Positions 37,371 to 49,587 of a DNA stretch of 64,000 nt are shown here, piece after piece. Both the position numbers and the translations under genes were made by a program. Source of the DNA: Daphnia carinata (Eukaryota); NCBI RefSeq assembly GCF_022539665.2, contig NC_081331.1, forward strand, positions 12,896,001 through 12,960,000. The letters are read 5' to 3'. Below the pieces are notes generated by a model. The model ran no database searches, was not told the origin of the DNA, and worked only from the letters and a program-made list of their open reading frames with translations. How positions within the stretch are numbered: the stretch's first letter is position 1; every line of letters starts with the position of its first letter.

Positions 37371-39680
37371 CTATTTCTGAAGGTGTAAATAGAATAAAAA
37401 AAAACAATGATTAGGTATCATAAAGAGCAGTATATTAAAAATTCATGACGCGAACTCTTCAGCAACTTATTTAAAGGAGAACCCGTACTGGATAGAAGAT
37501 AACGAGCATGACGATGCTCGCTATAACTAAAGCAATTCCAGCGGCCAGGAAGCACCATCGACTTATGTTGAGCCCATTAATCACGTTAACGGCCAATGTG
37601 ACGTCATCAGCACTAGGTTGGTCCAGTACAGCAGTCTTGATAATAGCAAAAATCAACAGGCATTACATTGAAATACAGGAAAGCGTGAAATGGTTTGCGT
37701 ATTTCATACCTCGTTAATCCAAAATACAGGGAAAACCGTATTATTAATATCTAAAAGCCTCGGAGGAACGCCATATCGTCGTACGTCGATATTAATTTGA
37801 ATACGCTCGGAGATAAAAACTGGAACAGCTGTCAGCTACATTGTGAACGAGAAAAATTACAGACGTCCGAAAGTCTCCTCTTTAATTACTGAAGCAATCA
37901 AATCAGCTTACCGGTTCAAGATCTATGTTGGTTTCATGCCATTCTTTAACGGGCTTTAATCCCTTAAAAGCATTAGAATATTTCTCATCGCCTAAATAAA
38001 AATGAGGTGAGGACAGCACTACCGGTGCACCTACAAGAATTTTACGTTCAATTACAACCATTTCGAACATTTAGGGTTCCCATAATAATTATGCAAACAA
38101 ATATTTAGTAAACTTACCAAATTGGCACGGCCGCAAATCGAGAAGTCCAGCGCTAAAACAAAGTTCGGGGTTTGTGCTATGATCTCTACAGTAACAGAAA
38201 TTATCGGGATTTTTGTCATCAAAAACTTCTGGTGGCACAGTAAATCGATTGGCAGTAATTCCCACAGTCTCGACGTCCCTCTCGTACGTAGTGTATATCG
38301 ACCTATAGAAAACCGTTATTATTACTTTAATGCAAAGCTGTTTAGTAATAATATTCACATTTTGAATCATTAAGAATCAAAGCGTACCGACATAGATCCG
38401 TAACAAAAATGTAAATCCTTTCATTGACATCTACAAGGGGTGGGTAAATGGCCCCGTCAGTGCCTTAAACGAATATTAAGAACAAGAAATTTTGTTTCAA
38501 AACAACATTTTTAAATTTCTGAAAATAATGATAGTATTACCGTTGATCATATCGCAGTATTGGTCATCCCAGTAACTCAGATTTTTTTCCCCTTTCCATG
38601 ATCTGATGAGTCCTAACTTGTCGAGTCCATTGGCGCCGGATTCAATTTTAAACTCTCCCCCATCCGTACCGTTTACCTAATGCAACGATGAGCAAACAAA
38701 TTCACAAAATAAATAAATAAAATTCTTATTTAAAATTTTAGAAAAAATATAATCTTACCCCGTAAAAATATCCGAAACGAGGGTCTTCTGGCAACTTGAA
38801 AAACAAAATTCTGTTTTAACATCATTTTTTCTTAACGGAAATTTCTGAATAATTCTTATACTGGTGGTAGCGGGATTCCTGCCAAATCACTCAGCATAAC
38901 GAGGATTTCAATGTAAGGTTGAAGACTCCATCCTTCGAAAAGAATTTCGCGAATTTTGCGCTTCATAAACGGATGCTCTCCAACATCATTCAACAAGCGA
39001 TGCATTGCTGTCGAAAGAGTATCTACTGACTCAGGTGGTGCGAGATCAGTTATCAGCGAAGCTAACGTCTTTGTGAATAAAATAATTTGATTGCATTGCG
39101 GCATTAAATAAAAGTCGAATTTTTGAGGTAAAAAATTACGTACGAAATAAACTGGGTTGACTGTAATGATGGATTCGTCCAATGATGTTTCAACTCCCAT
39201 TGGTTCGTAATAATAACTTTCTTCTTCGAGGTAAGTAAGCAACCCGTCTTTTTCTGTGATATTGAATTTCACTCGTTTTTCGCTGAAAGTTGAAAAATGT
39301 TAGTTGAATGTTACCACTGATCGTTATTCAATCAGGTATTATACCTAAAGGTGAACGGTCCCAGTTGTTGTAATTCTAAAACGACGCTACTGTCTCCGGG
39401 TCCTTCAAGTTGACAATTCGTACAGTTGAATAGAAAGAATTGGATGAAGAACGGAACAGGGGGACTCCTCCAAGCTCCATAAATAGCTTCATTGTCTTCT
39501 GTTATAATTGCCTCCTACAAGAATTGATTCAAAGTCTTTATTCAATGCGCAATAGGCGGAACAAAAATATACCGAAGTAACAATATTGGGAACGAGAATC
39601 CAGCCCAAAGTTGCTGAGAGCACGATGACAGTGACACCCACAGCGGCTACGATGCCAGTCTTCACCATGTTCGATACCAT
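37371..39680 (-). CDS. Scavenger receptor class B / CD36 family protein, tandem copy 2
   Basis: Exon-by-exon paralog of copy 1 (MVSNMVKTGIVAAVG..., FEGWSLQPYI, LPEDPRFG, ESGANGLDKLG, NFCYC, SSPHFYL, LNISRWCFL). Confidence 0.9.
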
Positions 39681-41170
39681 TTTCCCTAACACTATACACC
39701 ACTAAGGGTGACTCAGAAAATCGTTCACAACTGGGACTTTCCCCCGTAAAAACAACAACTAGACCAGCAAGTTAGACTAGCTGAGTTCTGCCTCGCATCC
39801 ACCAAAAACAACATCGTTTTATGATATCATTATCAGCAAAAAAGTATTACATTAAATAATAAAACAGGTATTACGAAGCGATCCAAACGAAGACCGGATA
39901 AATTTTTTTGTTGTTTTTATTTATTTTTCTTATCTTGTGTTATTGTACGTCCTGTGACGGGTTGTTGGGGAAAGCACACACTGTTTACCTTCGTCATCTT
40001 ATAGCAAAGACAACGTTGTTATCTGGAATGCTTTAGACTTGTTGATTTTGTTCCATTTTTGGATTAGATTTTGGCTTTTTACACCACAAAAAAATATTTG
40101 CTGCTAGTTGTCTGGATAGATAATAACGTAGACGGGTAAAAATAAGGCTAAATAAAAACATAGGTGTACATCAAGGGTAAATTTGTTTATGTTTGTTTGG
40201 AGGATTATTAACTAGATGCACCTAAGAGAGGAAGAAATCCTTCAGTGGTGGGTATTGGAACACAAAAGAATATTCACCAAGAAAATAGTCGCTAAGATTT
40301 GGTTGACAGACATTTGGCGGGAATGCTATTCTAAGCCCAACAATCTACAGTCTACACCTATAAAATAGATTGGCTACTCCTGAAAATGACAACATTGTTA
40401 AGCGAGCTAAAGGCCGCGTTACGAGCTACAGAACTGTGATACGTCCCTTAACCCGCAAATTTATAAGTGGGTATTGCAAGTTAATATTTTCCATTGCCCA
40501 GTTGGTCTTCAGCCCGATGTTATTGCATTCAAACGGTGAACAGTACGCATCGAAAAACGACTGGCTTTAAGATGTGTGAGTAATCGCATGAGGTTTATTT
40601 CACATTAGAAAGGAAAACAGTTGGTTAGATAATGGAAAAAAGTTGGCAAGTTGGCGGGTGTGGCTATCTTTCATTCCACGTGGGAGTAATCAAAATAAAA
40701 AAAAAAAAATTTATCAAATGTGTAAAGACATCAAACGTCACGCAAAAGAGAGTTATGTTCCCCGTTTAGCGCAATAGTCCTTTCGTCAACAAACAAGTTA
40801 TATATGATAAAATGTCGATCAGAAAGAGGCGGATTAAGTTCGCTGAGAGCGATGATAAAAATCGAAAACAAACAATTGAAACCAAATAGGCAGTAAAGCA
40901 ATGACTAGATTCGAAACGTGGACAACACGGGGAATGGGAAAACTTTTTTTTAATGGACGGGCGTGGACGGAGTGTAACGATTTTAAGGCAGACAATCCTC
41001 TGCAAACGACATAATCATCTCTTCGAGAGAGAACGAATATTGGGAATGTTCAGTCCGAAAAGAAGGCTTGAAATGCAGTAAGAACCATAGTGAGGTATCC
41101 TCGAGACACAGAAAAGTGGGACGGGAGCTGTAATTATGAACACAATGGGACTGCGTAAAAAAAAATGAGA

Positions 41171-44100
41171 TCAATTGCTTTTTGGTTTTATGGGTTCGGT
41201 CCATATGGCAAGCGTCCCATCACCAGTGATCTTGTTGTTACACATCGGGCAGGGTTCGCCATTATCCACAATCCTGCAAAAATAAAACAATTAAAAAAAA
41301 AAGTACTCATTCCTTGAGATTATGACTCTTACCTGATGAATTCTGATCGGTTGGCCATGAATAGGCACGAAGGACAACGTGTTAAATTTTCTTTTGTTAC
41401 ATGCATTCCCTACACGATCCAAAATATTAGATGATGTTGATTGATTTATGAGAAAGCGATATTCATACGGTAATGATGCACATTGGTATATGCTGTTTGC
41501 ACTGAACGCACACTAGCAGCATTGACGGAATGGCCGTATTGCAGAATGGACATGGCGTTAAGTCATCTTCCGCGTCCGTTGAACCTTTGGGTGGGCGACG
41601 AACAGTGCTTTCGATTTTTTTCTTGTACTTTGCGTCAAGTTGGTCTCGGTGTTCGGGTCTCATTAAGACGGCTGCGTACTGAAATGCGGCGTTCTTTAAT
41701 CCCGCTCGGTCACATTCAATCACAGTTGAGGTGAGAATCGGCACCACGTCTACGGATAAGCATTTCAAACTGATAAAATACGAACGTCATTTTGTTGACA
41801 TGATGCGGCTTACGAGACGGGAATTTTGAGATAGATTCGGCCACTCTAATAAGCAATCGAGCTGCATTGAGATGTTGTCCGCGTCGAATGTGCATTCGAA
41901 CGATGACGTACGAATGCAACAGTTGTAGATTGTGTTCCATTTCCAACGGTATGTTGATATCGTGACTACTAAGTTCCTTATACATGTGTTGAAGGAGATT
42001 ATGGGCATCCTTGTAGTTTCCTGAATAAACACGCATTTTAATACAAAACATAAATGAAATAAGAATAGTAGCACATCGCGTCTTACCAGCGTTCTGTTCC
42101 TCTGTCGCAATTATAATAGCAGTTCTCGTAGCTTCTCTGTACTGGTGACGAGCGAGATATAGCCGGAAAAGGTATTTTCCATCCTAGAAACATAAAGGAT
42201 AAATAGTCGTGTTTATTTGTATTATTACTACTACTGTAATTTGTGTTCACCTTGGGGATGTTATCTTGTTCTCCATTTAAGAATCCAATCAGCTGGGCAG
42301 CCAAGTGGTTGTCGTTTGCAGTGGATACGATGTGAATAGCAGCATTTATGGCTTTTTCATCATCGCCACTATGCTGTGCTGCTTTTATGAAGTATTTGAA
42401 AGCCTGAAAGATATGTTTCTTGTTACTTTTCCCCTCATTCAGTAGAAGAAAGATCCGAAAGTACCTTTTCGTTCTGACCAGCCAAAGCATAATATTTCCC
42501 TGTCAGTAGAAAATTGCGTTCTTGCTCGTAATATAAAGCAATTTTGGTATGGTCATCTTGCGATGCCTGGTCGCCTAGAATGTCTGCAAAAAGTTGGATC
42601 TGACCGTTTTGACGAGCAACTTCAAATGCCGTTTCATAGTTCTTCGACATAACTAGATATTCTAAAGCTGTGGTATAATCGCCCAAGTCCATAAAAAACC
42701 TGAAATCAATGATGGAATATAAGTCACTGTCAACGAAGAACTTTCTTACGTCTTTATTCCTTACTTTCCAATGAGTTTAGCTCCTTCTGTGCTCTTTGAT
42801 CTTCGCGCAATCCGTACAGCATCTTGTGGACTATGTAGTTGATTCAGACACAGCAAAATTGCACTTTCAAAATCACCTGCCAGCTCATATGAGTTTAGCG
42901 CTTCTTTGTATTGCCCTTGAGATTCTTTGGCCTATAATAAGTAGGAAATTATTGAATTTTATAGGGTTAATAATGCCACAAAGCTATACGGTTTACCTTT
43001 GCATAGGCAATATGTACTTTAGGCTGCGTCACATACTGAATCAGTTTGCTGACTTGCGTCCAATTCTTCAAGCGAGTATAAAGCATAGCAGCTTGGTCCT
43101 TGATGCCAGCAGTTTCGTAGAGCTCAGCAGCTTCCACATAAAACTACAAATGCAAGTTAGCTGAATTCGTAACAAAGTTTGTAAAATAGGCACCTTGCTG
43201 TCTTCCAATATAACGGCACATTGTTTCATTAACGTGCGATCGCCCGATTGAACTGCAAGTGAAACGCCTTTGTTAACATCGCCAGATCCAACTGCACATC
43301 GTGCAATTCCTGAATGGCATATACGTTGGTGTTCAACCTGATTTACATTTTCAACTCCGGAACTCAGGGCGCGTTCGTAGTTCAATAAAGCATGAACAAA
43401 GTCCCCCCTAAAATTGAGCTATAGGTTGAGTACATTGAAATAGAATTAATGATAGTCCTACGTTTGTTCTAGTTGCTGTGCATATTCTTGGGCTATTAGT
43501 CCAATCCTTTGTGGAGCTAGTTTCTCTGCTAACAGCAGAGCTTGTTCCCATTCCATGACGTCCGTGTGCATGTCGATGGCGATGTCAGGTTGTGTTGACT
43601 TCAGGTAGCAATCCTATTTTCGAACCAAAATAATCGCATTACGAGAATTGGATTTCATCAACGTTAACACAACCATACTTGTGCTTTTTCCAAGTTGCCT
43701 AAAATCATGTATATATGGCCTGAGAGCAACTGAAGATCTTCAATATGTTCCACTTCTTCCAACGACCATACGGCAGCTATATCTCCAAGATGACGGTATA
43801 TTCTAATCGCTATGATAACGGAAAAACGTTCTATAAACTCACACATTACCCCAAACAGTAATAAATATCAAAATCTTACCAAAATCTATGCGAAACTCGT
43901 TAAGCGCTGCGTTGGCAGCTTTGACCCACTGAGTCGAATCTGCCAGAAGAATTCCAATATCCCAAGCATCGTCATACCTAATAATTAACATCCACGGGTT
44001 AATAAATAATTTAGAAACGATGTAGTCCTGTTCAGAATTCCTACTTTCCCATCGCTAAGGAAAATTGTAACGCGTTGATTAGTTCACTGCGTGACATGGA

Positions 44101-46827
44101 GGACAACTTTCCGCCGGAACTAATGCCCAGTTCAGGAATGAAAAGAGTTGTCAGCTTTGATGAGGCAGTAAGCAACAAAAGTTCTGGTCCTTGGAGCAGA
44201 AGAGGAGTATGGCCACTAGCGAGAGCCGTGGAACAGAGTCGAATGATGCAGCTCCCTTTATCAAGAAGGAAATTCACCAACAAATTCAAATACATTCCTT
44301 TTTAAATAAAAAAAAAACTACCTGTAAGTCTTTCGGCGTGATAGACATATACGTCGAGCTTCTCGTCACTCCACGCCACAAATACATGATTGATCCGGCT
44401 TGCTGATTCAAAAAGTAAACCTCGATGATGAACTGGGAAATCGGGAATCCGTAGCAAAATTTCTTTGACCTGGGGGTTGCATCAAACAACAAAGAACAAA
44501 ATATTCATGTAGATAAAAGAGATAAGCCGATTTGGATCCACGGACGATACCGGTGAGTACAGGTAGCCATGATTCTTGATATCTACCGCAGCTAGAAGTG
44601 TTCCTGATGTATCGTGAAAAATCTTTTTCCAACCAACAGCATGACGGTATTCGCTGACAGGTTTTCGCTCACTCAGCGAAAAATAAACCAAATCGCCCAC
44701 CTATTATTTTGAGGTAAAATTAGAAAAAATCTAATTCAAGTCGTGTTTCCCTATTTAATTTTACATTTGTAGTGTAGATAAGACAATCTTTTGCCAATGC
44801 ATGGCTCGTGATCTTTGCTGTGGAGGATTCACGGAAAGGAAAAACACCGCTCTCCATCAAGCCACTTGCGCCGTCATCAAGAGAAGCAGTTTCTTCGATC
44901 TAGTAATCGATGTAAAATATGTTTCACGTTACCGAATTCGAATTTAAACAAATTGAACTCACTAGCTGTAAATGGACTTTGCCATCTACCAAGGCAGCGA
45001 TATGCGTTTCATTCATCCCAACTGTTTCGACTGAGCCAATGTACTGCAACTTCCGCTGTAGCTGACCATCAAGAGCAGAGTAAAGCCAGGTGTGATTGTT
45101 CAAACCAAGTGCAATGGCTTTGGGACCACAAGCCAAGAAAACGGGCTCCAACTCGCACTGTAGATGACAGATGGCCTTCAGGGCAGCGTCGTACACAGTA
45201 ACCTGAAGGGGAAAATAAAGGACAGGTTAATGCCCTGTTTCACGAGCGAACGTTCGAATTCAAAAACGCTACTTCTTTAAGACTGGTGAGTACTGCAATG
45301 GTACCGAACGGCTGCCAAACCGATGCTAGCATGTTTAAACGAGTGAGATAAATGTAGACATTGCCGGAACTACCTGTTATAGATTTGATTTGATCAATTT
45401 AAATTTCCAGAAAGCATTTAGAATAATTGGAATTTTTTACGATGGATTTTACGAAACACTTGGTGATCAGTGTCCGTATAACTATTTATTTACTAACGAA
45501 TCTTAGGTTGGTGACCGTATTTGAGATTACCTGTAATGGCCAAAAGACGACCGTCATTGCTCCACGCACAGGAATCTATTCGGTTTTCTTGATCCACGGA
45601 AATTACCGAGGCGCTTTCTTTCAAGTCAAGCAAATCATAGATCCTTGCACTATGAAAGTGGAAGTTAAAATAAGAAAATGGTAATTTGATGCTGTAGTTT
45701 CTATTTAGAGCAAAAAAAATTAAAATAAAGAAAATTACTTGTTATCTCCAGCGCACGCAGCTCGGCTTAATAAAGGGCACACAGATATAGAAGAAACCAT
45801 GTCCCGATGGTTCCTTATTTGAAAGAGTTCCTGACCAATTTCCTTTACGTGGGTGGAGATAGCGATGCAATATCCACCCGAGAATCCGATTAAAATATAT
45901 CCATCACCAAACCAGCGATACGTCGTGATGTTGCCATAGCTTTGCTGAAAAGCTAATTCCAAGGGATTTTCAGCATTGTTGATGTTGATAAGAATCAAAG
46001 TTCGTCGGCCTACCACGGCGCTAATCTACGTAAGGTTTTAAAATTAGTGCTGTTTTCCCATCGCTCTCAGACACACTGAAATTTACCGTGCTTTCTGATG
46101 ATGAACGTTCGTTCTCCTTCATCTCAGAAAACTGTATTTGTGATGGTTCACTTCTAAGGCTGGCTGTATGAACAGTGTCACCTTCTAATGTGCTAATAGA
46201 AAGGGTTTTGTCCTCAGACCCTAGAGCCAGGAGATTGTCAGAACTCCATGCTCCTGATAAAATTTTCTTGTTATGTTTGCCCAGAATTGGTATCTTCCGG
46301 CCAGCTCTTTGGTTGTAAAGAAGTACATTTCCCTTTGTTGTACCAATTGCTAGAAAAAGACCACTTTTGCCCCAAGTCATGAAGCTCAATGGATCTCTCA
46401 GGCCTGTTTCAATCTTTTCAGTTTTACAGCTATTTGAATTCCACAAATATATGAATGAGCTACTGTCATTGATAGCTGCAAAAGATGTGCCTTCATAGTC
46501 CCAGCCGAACCCTGTACAGGACCTGCGAAGATTAAAAGAAAATATAGCTGATAGTCTCAACCTCATATTTAAAAAGAAATAACTATTTGTACCCAGGCAT
46601 GGCAATAACAGCTTTTTGGTTTCCAAAGTGGTCATAAATATGTACAGTCCGATTTGAGCCTGTAGCTGCCCAGAGAGAACCGTCGTGTGTTTGCCATTCC
46701 AAATGCACCGTTCCAACACCGACAGGAGATTTCAAACTCAGTATCAACTAAATGAAAATTAAGAAATTATCCACAAAAACAAGATATAGTGTCTTGGATA
46801 AGTTACTTTTTCAGTGTTAAGATGCAT
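41171..46827 (-). CDS. WDR19: WD repeat-containing protein 19 / IFT144 (IFT-A), many short exons
   Basis: [52 protein letters not shown]-like region, [44 protein letters not shown], and C-terminal CPFC..C..C..IPMCI zinc ribbons. Confidence 0.95.
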
Positions 46828-46885
46828 GGTGGATTTTTCGTTACTTGTCCATTCCTAAAATTATTTGTTTTTTGAAAGTGCTCTC

Positions 46886-46911
46886 GTTACCACAGCAATC
46901 ATTTGTAAACA
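46886..46911. promoter_or_regulatory. X-box-like site plus forkhead site just upstream of WDR19
   Basis: GTTACCACAGCAAT (46886-46899, imperfect X-box) and GTAAACA (46905-46911), 60-85 nt upstream of the ATG of a ciliary gene. Confidence 0.5.
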
Positions 46912-47465
46912 AACGAGTTGTCATTTGTTTAAACTGACCGTCGCCAGAGGCCCTCGCAACGTCGGTTTCTGGAATATTTTCTATATGCAAATTTTCTAAA
47001 ATCATGTATCAGTAAACTGGAAAAAATAGTTTAACTTCCCGAAGTGTTCTAAATTTTACAAAACGTTTTGTCTACTAGATTTATTAACATTCAGTAGTAA
47101 ATGTTTTTAAAAAAATTTGTGAGACTTCCTTGTAAGAAGCAGACCATTTACGTGGGAAGCAGACAAGTAGTTGTTGACTCCCTCGCTCCATAATTCATAT
47201 TTGTCCGTCTTTTATGTTATTTGAACGAATTGTTATTAACTATAAAGTGCTACTCTCTCACCTAATCCCGTAAAAGAGATATTGTAAGTAGGAAGTTAAA
47301 ACTTATGGCCTTTTTTACATGTTTGTCATTTTGTACTTCCTTGTAATTAACGAATGGAATGTCGCATGGGACATCGAGAAAAGTTATAACTATATGCTAT
47401 ACTTGATTTCAACCTATCCATCTATCATGAAGCTATTGTTCTGATTGTTTTATGAATCTCTTTAG

Positions 47466-47609
47466 GTGTCCTCCAGTGTAGTGAATGTGTTTCTCAAGCA
47501 GCACCTTTACCTCCTCCTGGCATCATCGGTAGTCCCTGTGATGCTTTGATATCATAGTGTCTTCACATCAGACCAAGATTCTAAGGGAACTAGAACTGTT
47601 GCTTCTAAG
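47466..47609 (+). other. Putative non-coding exon transcribed divergently from WDR19
   Basis: Pyrimidine-rich TTTAG acceptor ending at 47465 and AAG|GTAAGG donor at 47610; an upstream GTAAGT donor at 47284; no convincing ORF. Confidence 0.35.
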
Positions 47610-49556
47610 GTAAGGTTTACCTTTTTTTATTTGACACGTCTGAATTGGGTTTCAGCAAATTTGCTGTCATGTTAGTGATAAGCACTCTGAACATGTGAGA
47701 CAAAATGAGAGGAGAACGAAATTTGCTACTCTATTTGATAAGTGTCTATAGAACCTGGTAAAGAACTCAATTCTGATTTTTCGTAAGGTCTTCCAACAAA
47801 CTTACAGTATGGAGAGGCTATACTGACAAATAAATCCATGTCGTCAGTTTGAACATGTAACTTTGGACAAGTGACGTGTGCTTACTTGATTGATTTCACT
47901 AATGAAAAGCTTCCTTATGTTTTGAGAGAGGGATGGGGCATTTTAATTTCATTTACCAAGTAAAATGCTATTTCTCCTTCGCGTCACTTCTCTTATCGGT
48001 TTTTTTAAATCCATGAGATTGTTGTACCACACTTATTCCCACAGTGTGATTCACTTTTCATTTATGCTATTTTTAATATAACCCTGTCCAACCGAAAACC
48101 CTCCTTAACAAAACGTGCGAATTTCTGGTACATGACGAATTAGGAGATCTAGAACAAAGATCTAAAGTGCTGACTTTCCAGGGTGTTGTAGAACTTAGAA
48201 GGGGATTGTTCAAATTAGAATTTGCCACTAAACGAACGGCGGTGGGGTTTTGTAATAGCTTTTAGCATTGTTGTCTAGCGGGACAAGAAGCTTTAGTGAA
48301 TATTTACTGGCTCTCATAAATCCATTCTGTGCAAAGAGGGAACGTTTCTGTTCCTTTTTTCCGCTTTCACTTATTTTCGCCATTCTTTTGTTCGCAGTTG
48401 AGCAGCCCTTTTTTCTTCCACTTTTACTTCATTGCACTTAGTCAACAGCTAATTACAATGAGCCATTAATTAATTACATTGGACCCTTTAAAAATGTCAA
48501 ATTGTTTTTTTCCACCCTCCCGATTGAGTATTGTCACGTTGTTTGGCTTATTGCCTCATTACGAGTTCTTTTGTCAAAGTCCCCGTCGAGTCCAATAGCA
48601 TCCTCCGAACAAGGTTGTGCGCTACCACGTGTCCTAGTGACGGTTAGTGGTGGGCAATGTTCGGTGATGCGCAACGCTTCCCCCAGTCCCGTCAGTCGTT
48701 ATCACTTTTCAATCGTATAACGTCACGGCTTGCATTCGTAGATTGACAGACTGCATCGATAGAAACTGTGCCCAATCAAGCCACAGGTTTTTTTCCCTTT
48801 AAAGCCCACTTGGGGCATCGGCCTCGATCTCGCCATGCCTCGTTGCGTTTTAGCCGATTGCCGTATTGAAAGTTGGTATTCCTCTTGGCAGCCGGTTCCA
48901 AAATCTCGAGATAATGAGGCCACTGTGTGTTGCCTGTTCACTAAGGGATATGCGCTTTCATAATGGTCTGTCTTGAATCGTGGAACCTACTGTGGTTTTT
49001 GTTTTCGGTTTTTCGGCGTAGGGATTGTTCGTGTCTGTTAGCTCGGCCATAGAACAAGAGGGAGAATGTTGGAACAAGTCGAGTCAGCCGATTAGCGAAG
49101 GCTTTGTTATACCGAGGATTGGGCTCTGCCGAGATTTTCACTGTAAGCTTGGCAGCGGTGACGTTGACAATTTAGCTTGATGCAATGAGCTTCTTCCGCT
49201 GGAATCAAAAATGAGAGCCAACCAAATTAACTAGAAATTCATTCATTTCAGTTAATCACAATTTCGTTCAATGTCCTTCCAGTTGATTTTTTTTTTGTTT
49301 CGATTCATGTTGGATTGGTCATTTCGAACTGTTGTGCACGTGATTTGCCACATTGGCAGCTAACCAAGTCGAGAAAGAAAATGTCTTTTGACCATTGACT
49401 CTGTCCCCTTTTCGATTACGCAACACCTACGAGCGTCTCCATCACGAAGTGCCTCCCCACACATCCAAAATTGGCGAACGAAATTTATGATTGGTCGATT
49501 TCCCCGTATGGCCGCTTTTTGAAGCTCTAGATGTCGTGTTGATTTGGTTGGGGTGT

Positions 49557-49563
<7 letters not shown>

Positions 49564-49587
<24 letters not shown>
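49564..49587. repeat. (AC)12 microsatellite
   Basis: Read directly from the sequence. Confidence 0.9.

Noticed and set aside
47640..47960. Possible snoRNAs in the intron after the non-coding exon
   Set aside because: No clean C box (RUGAUGA) and D box pair with a terminal stem, and no convincing H/ACA fold.
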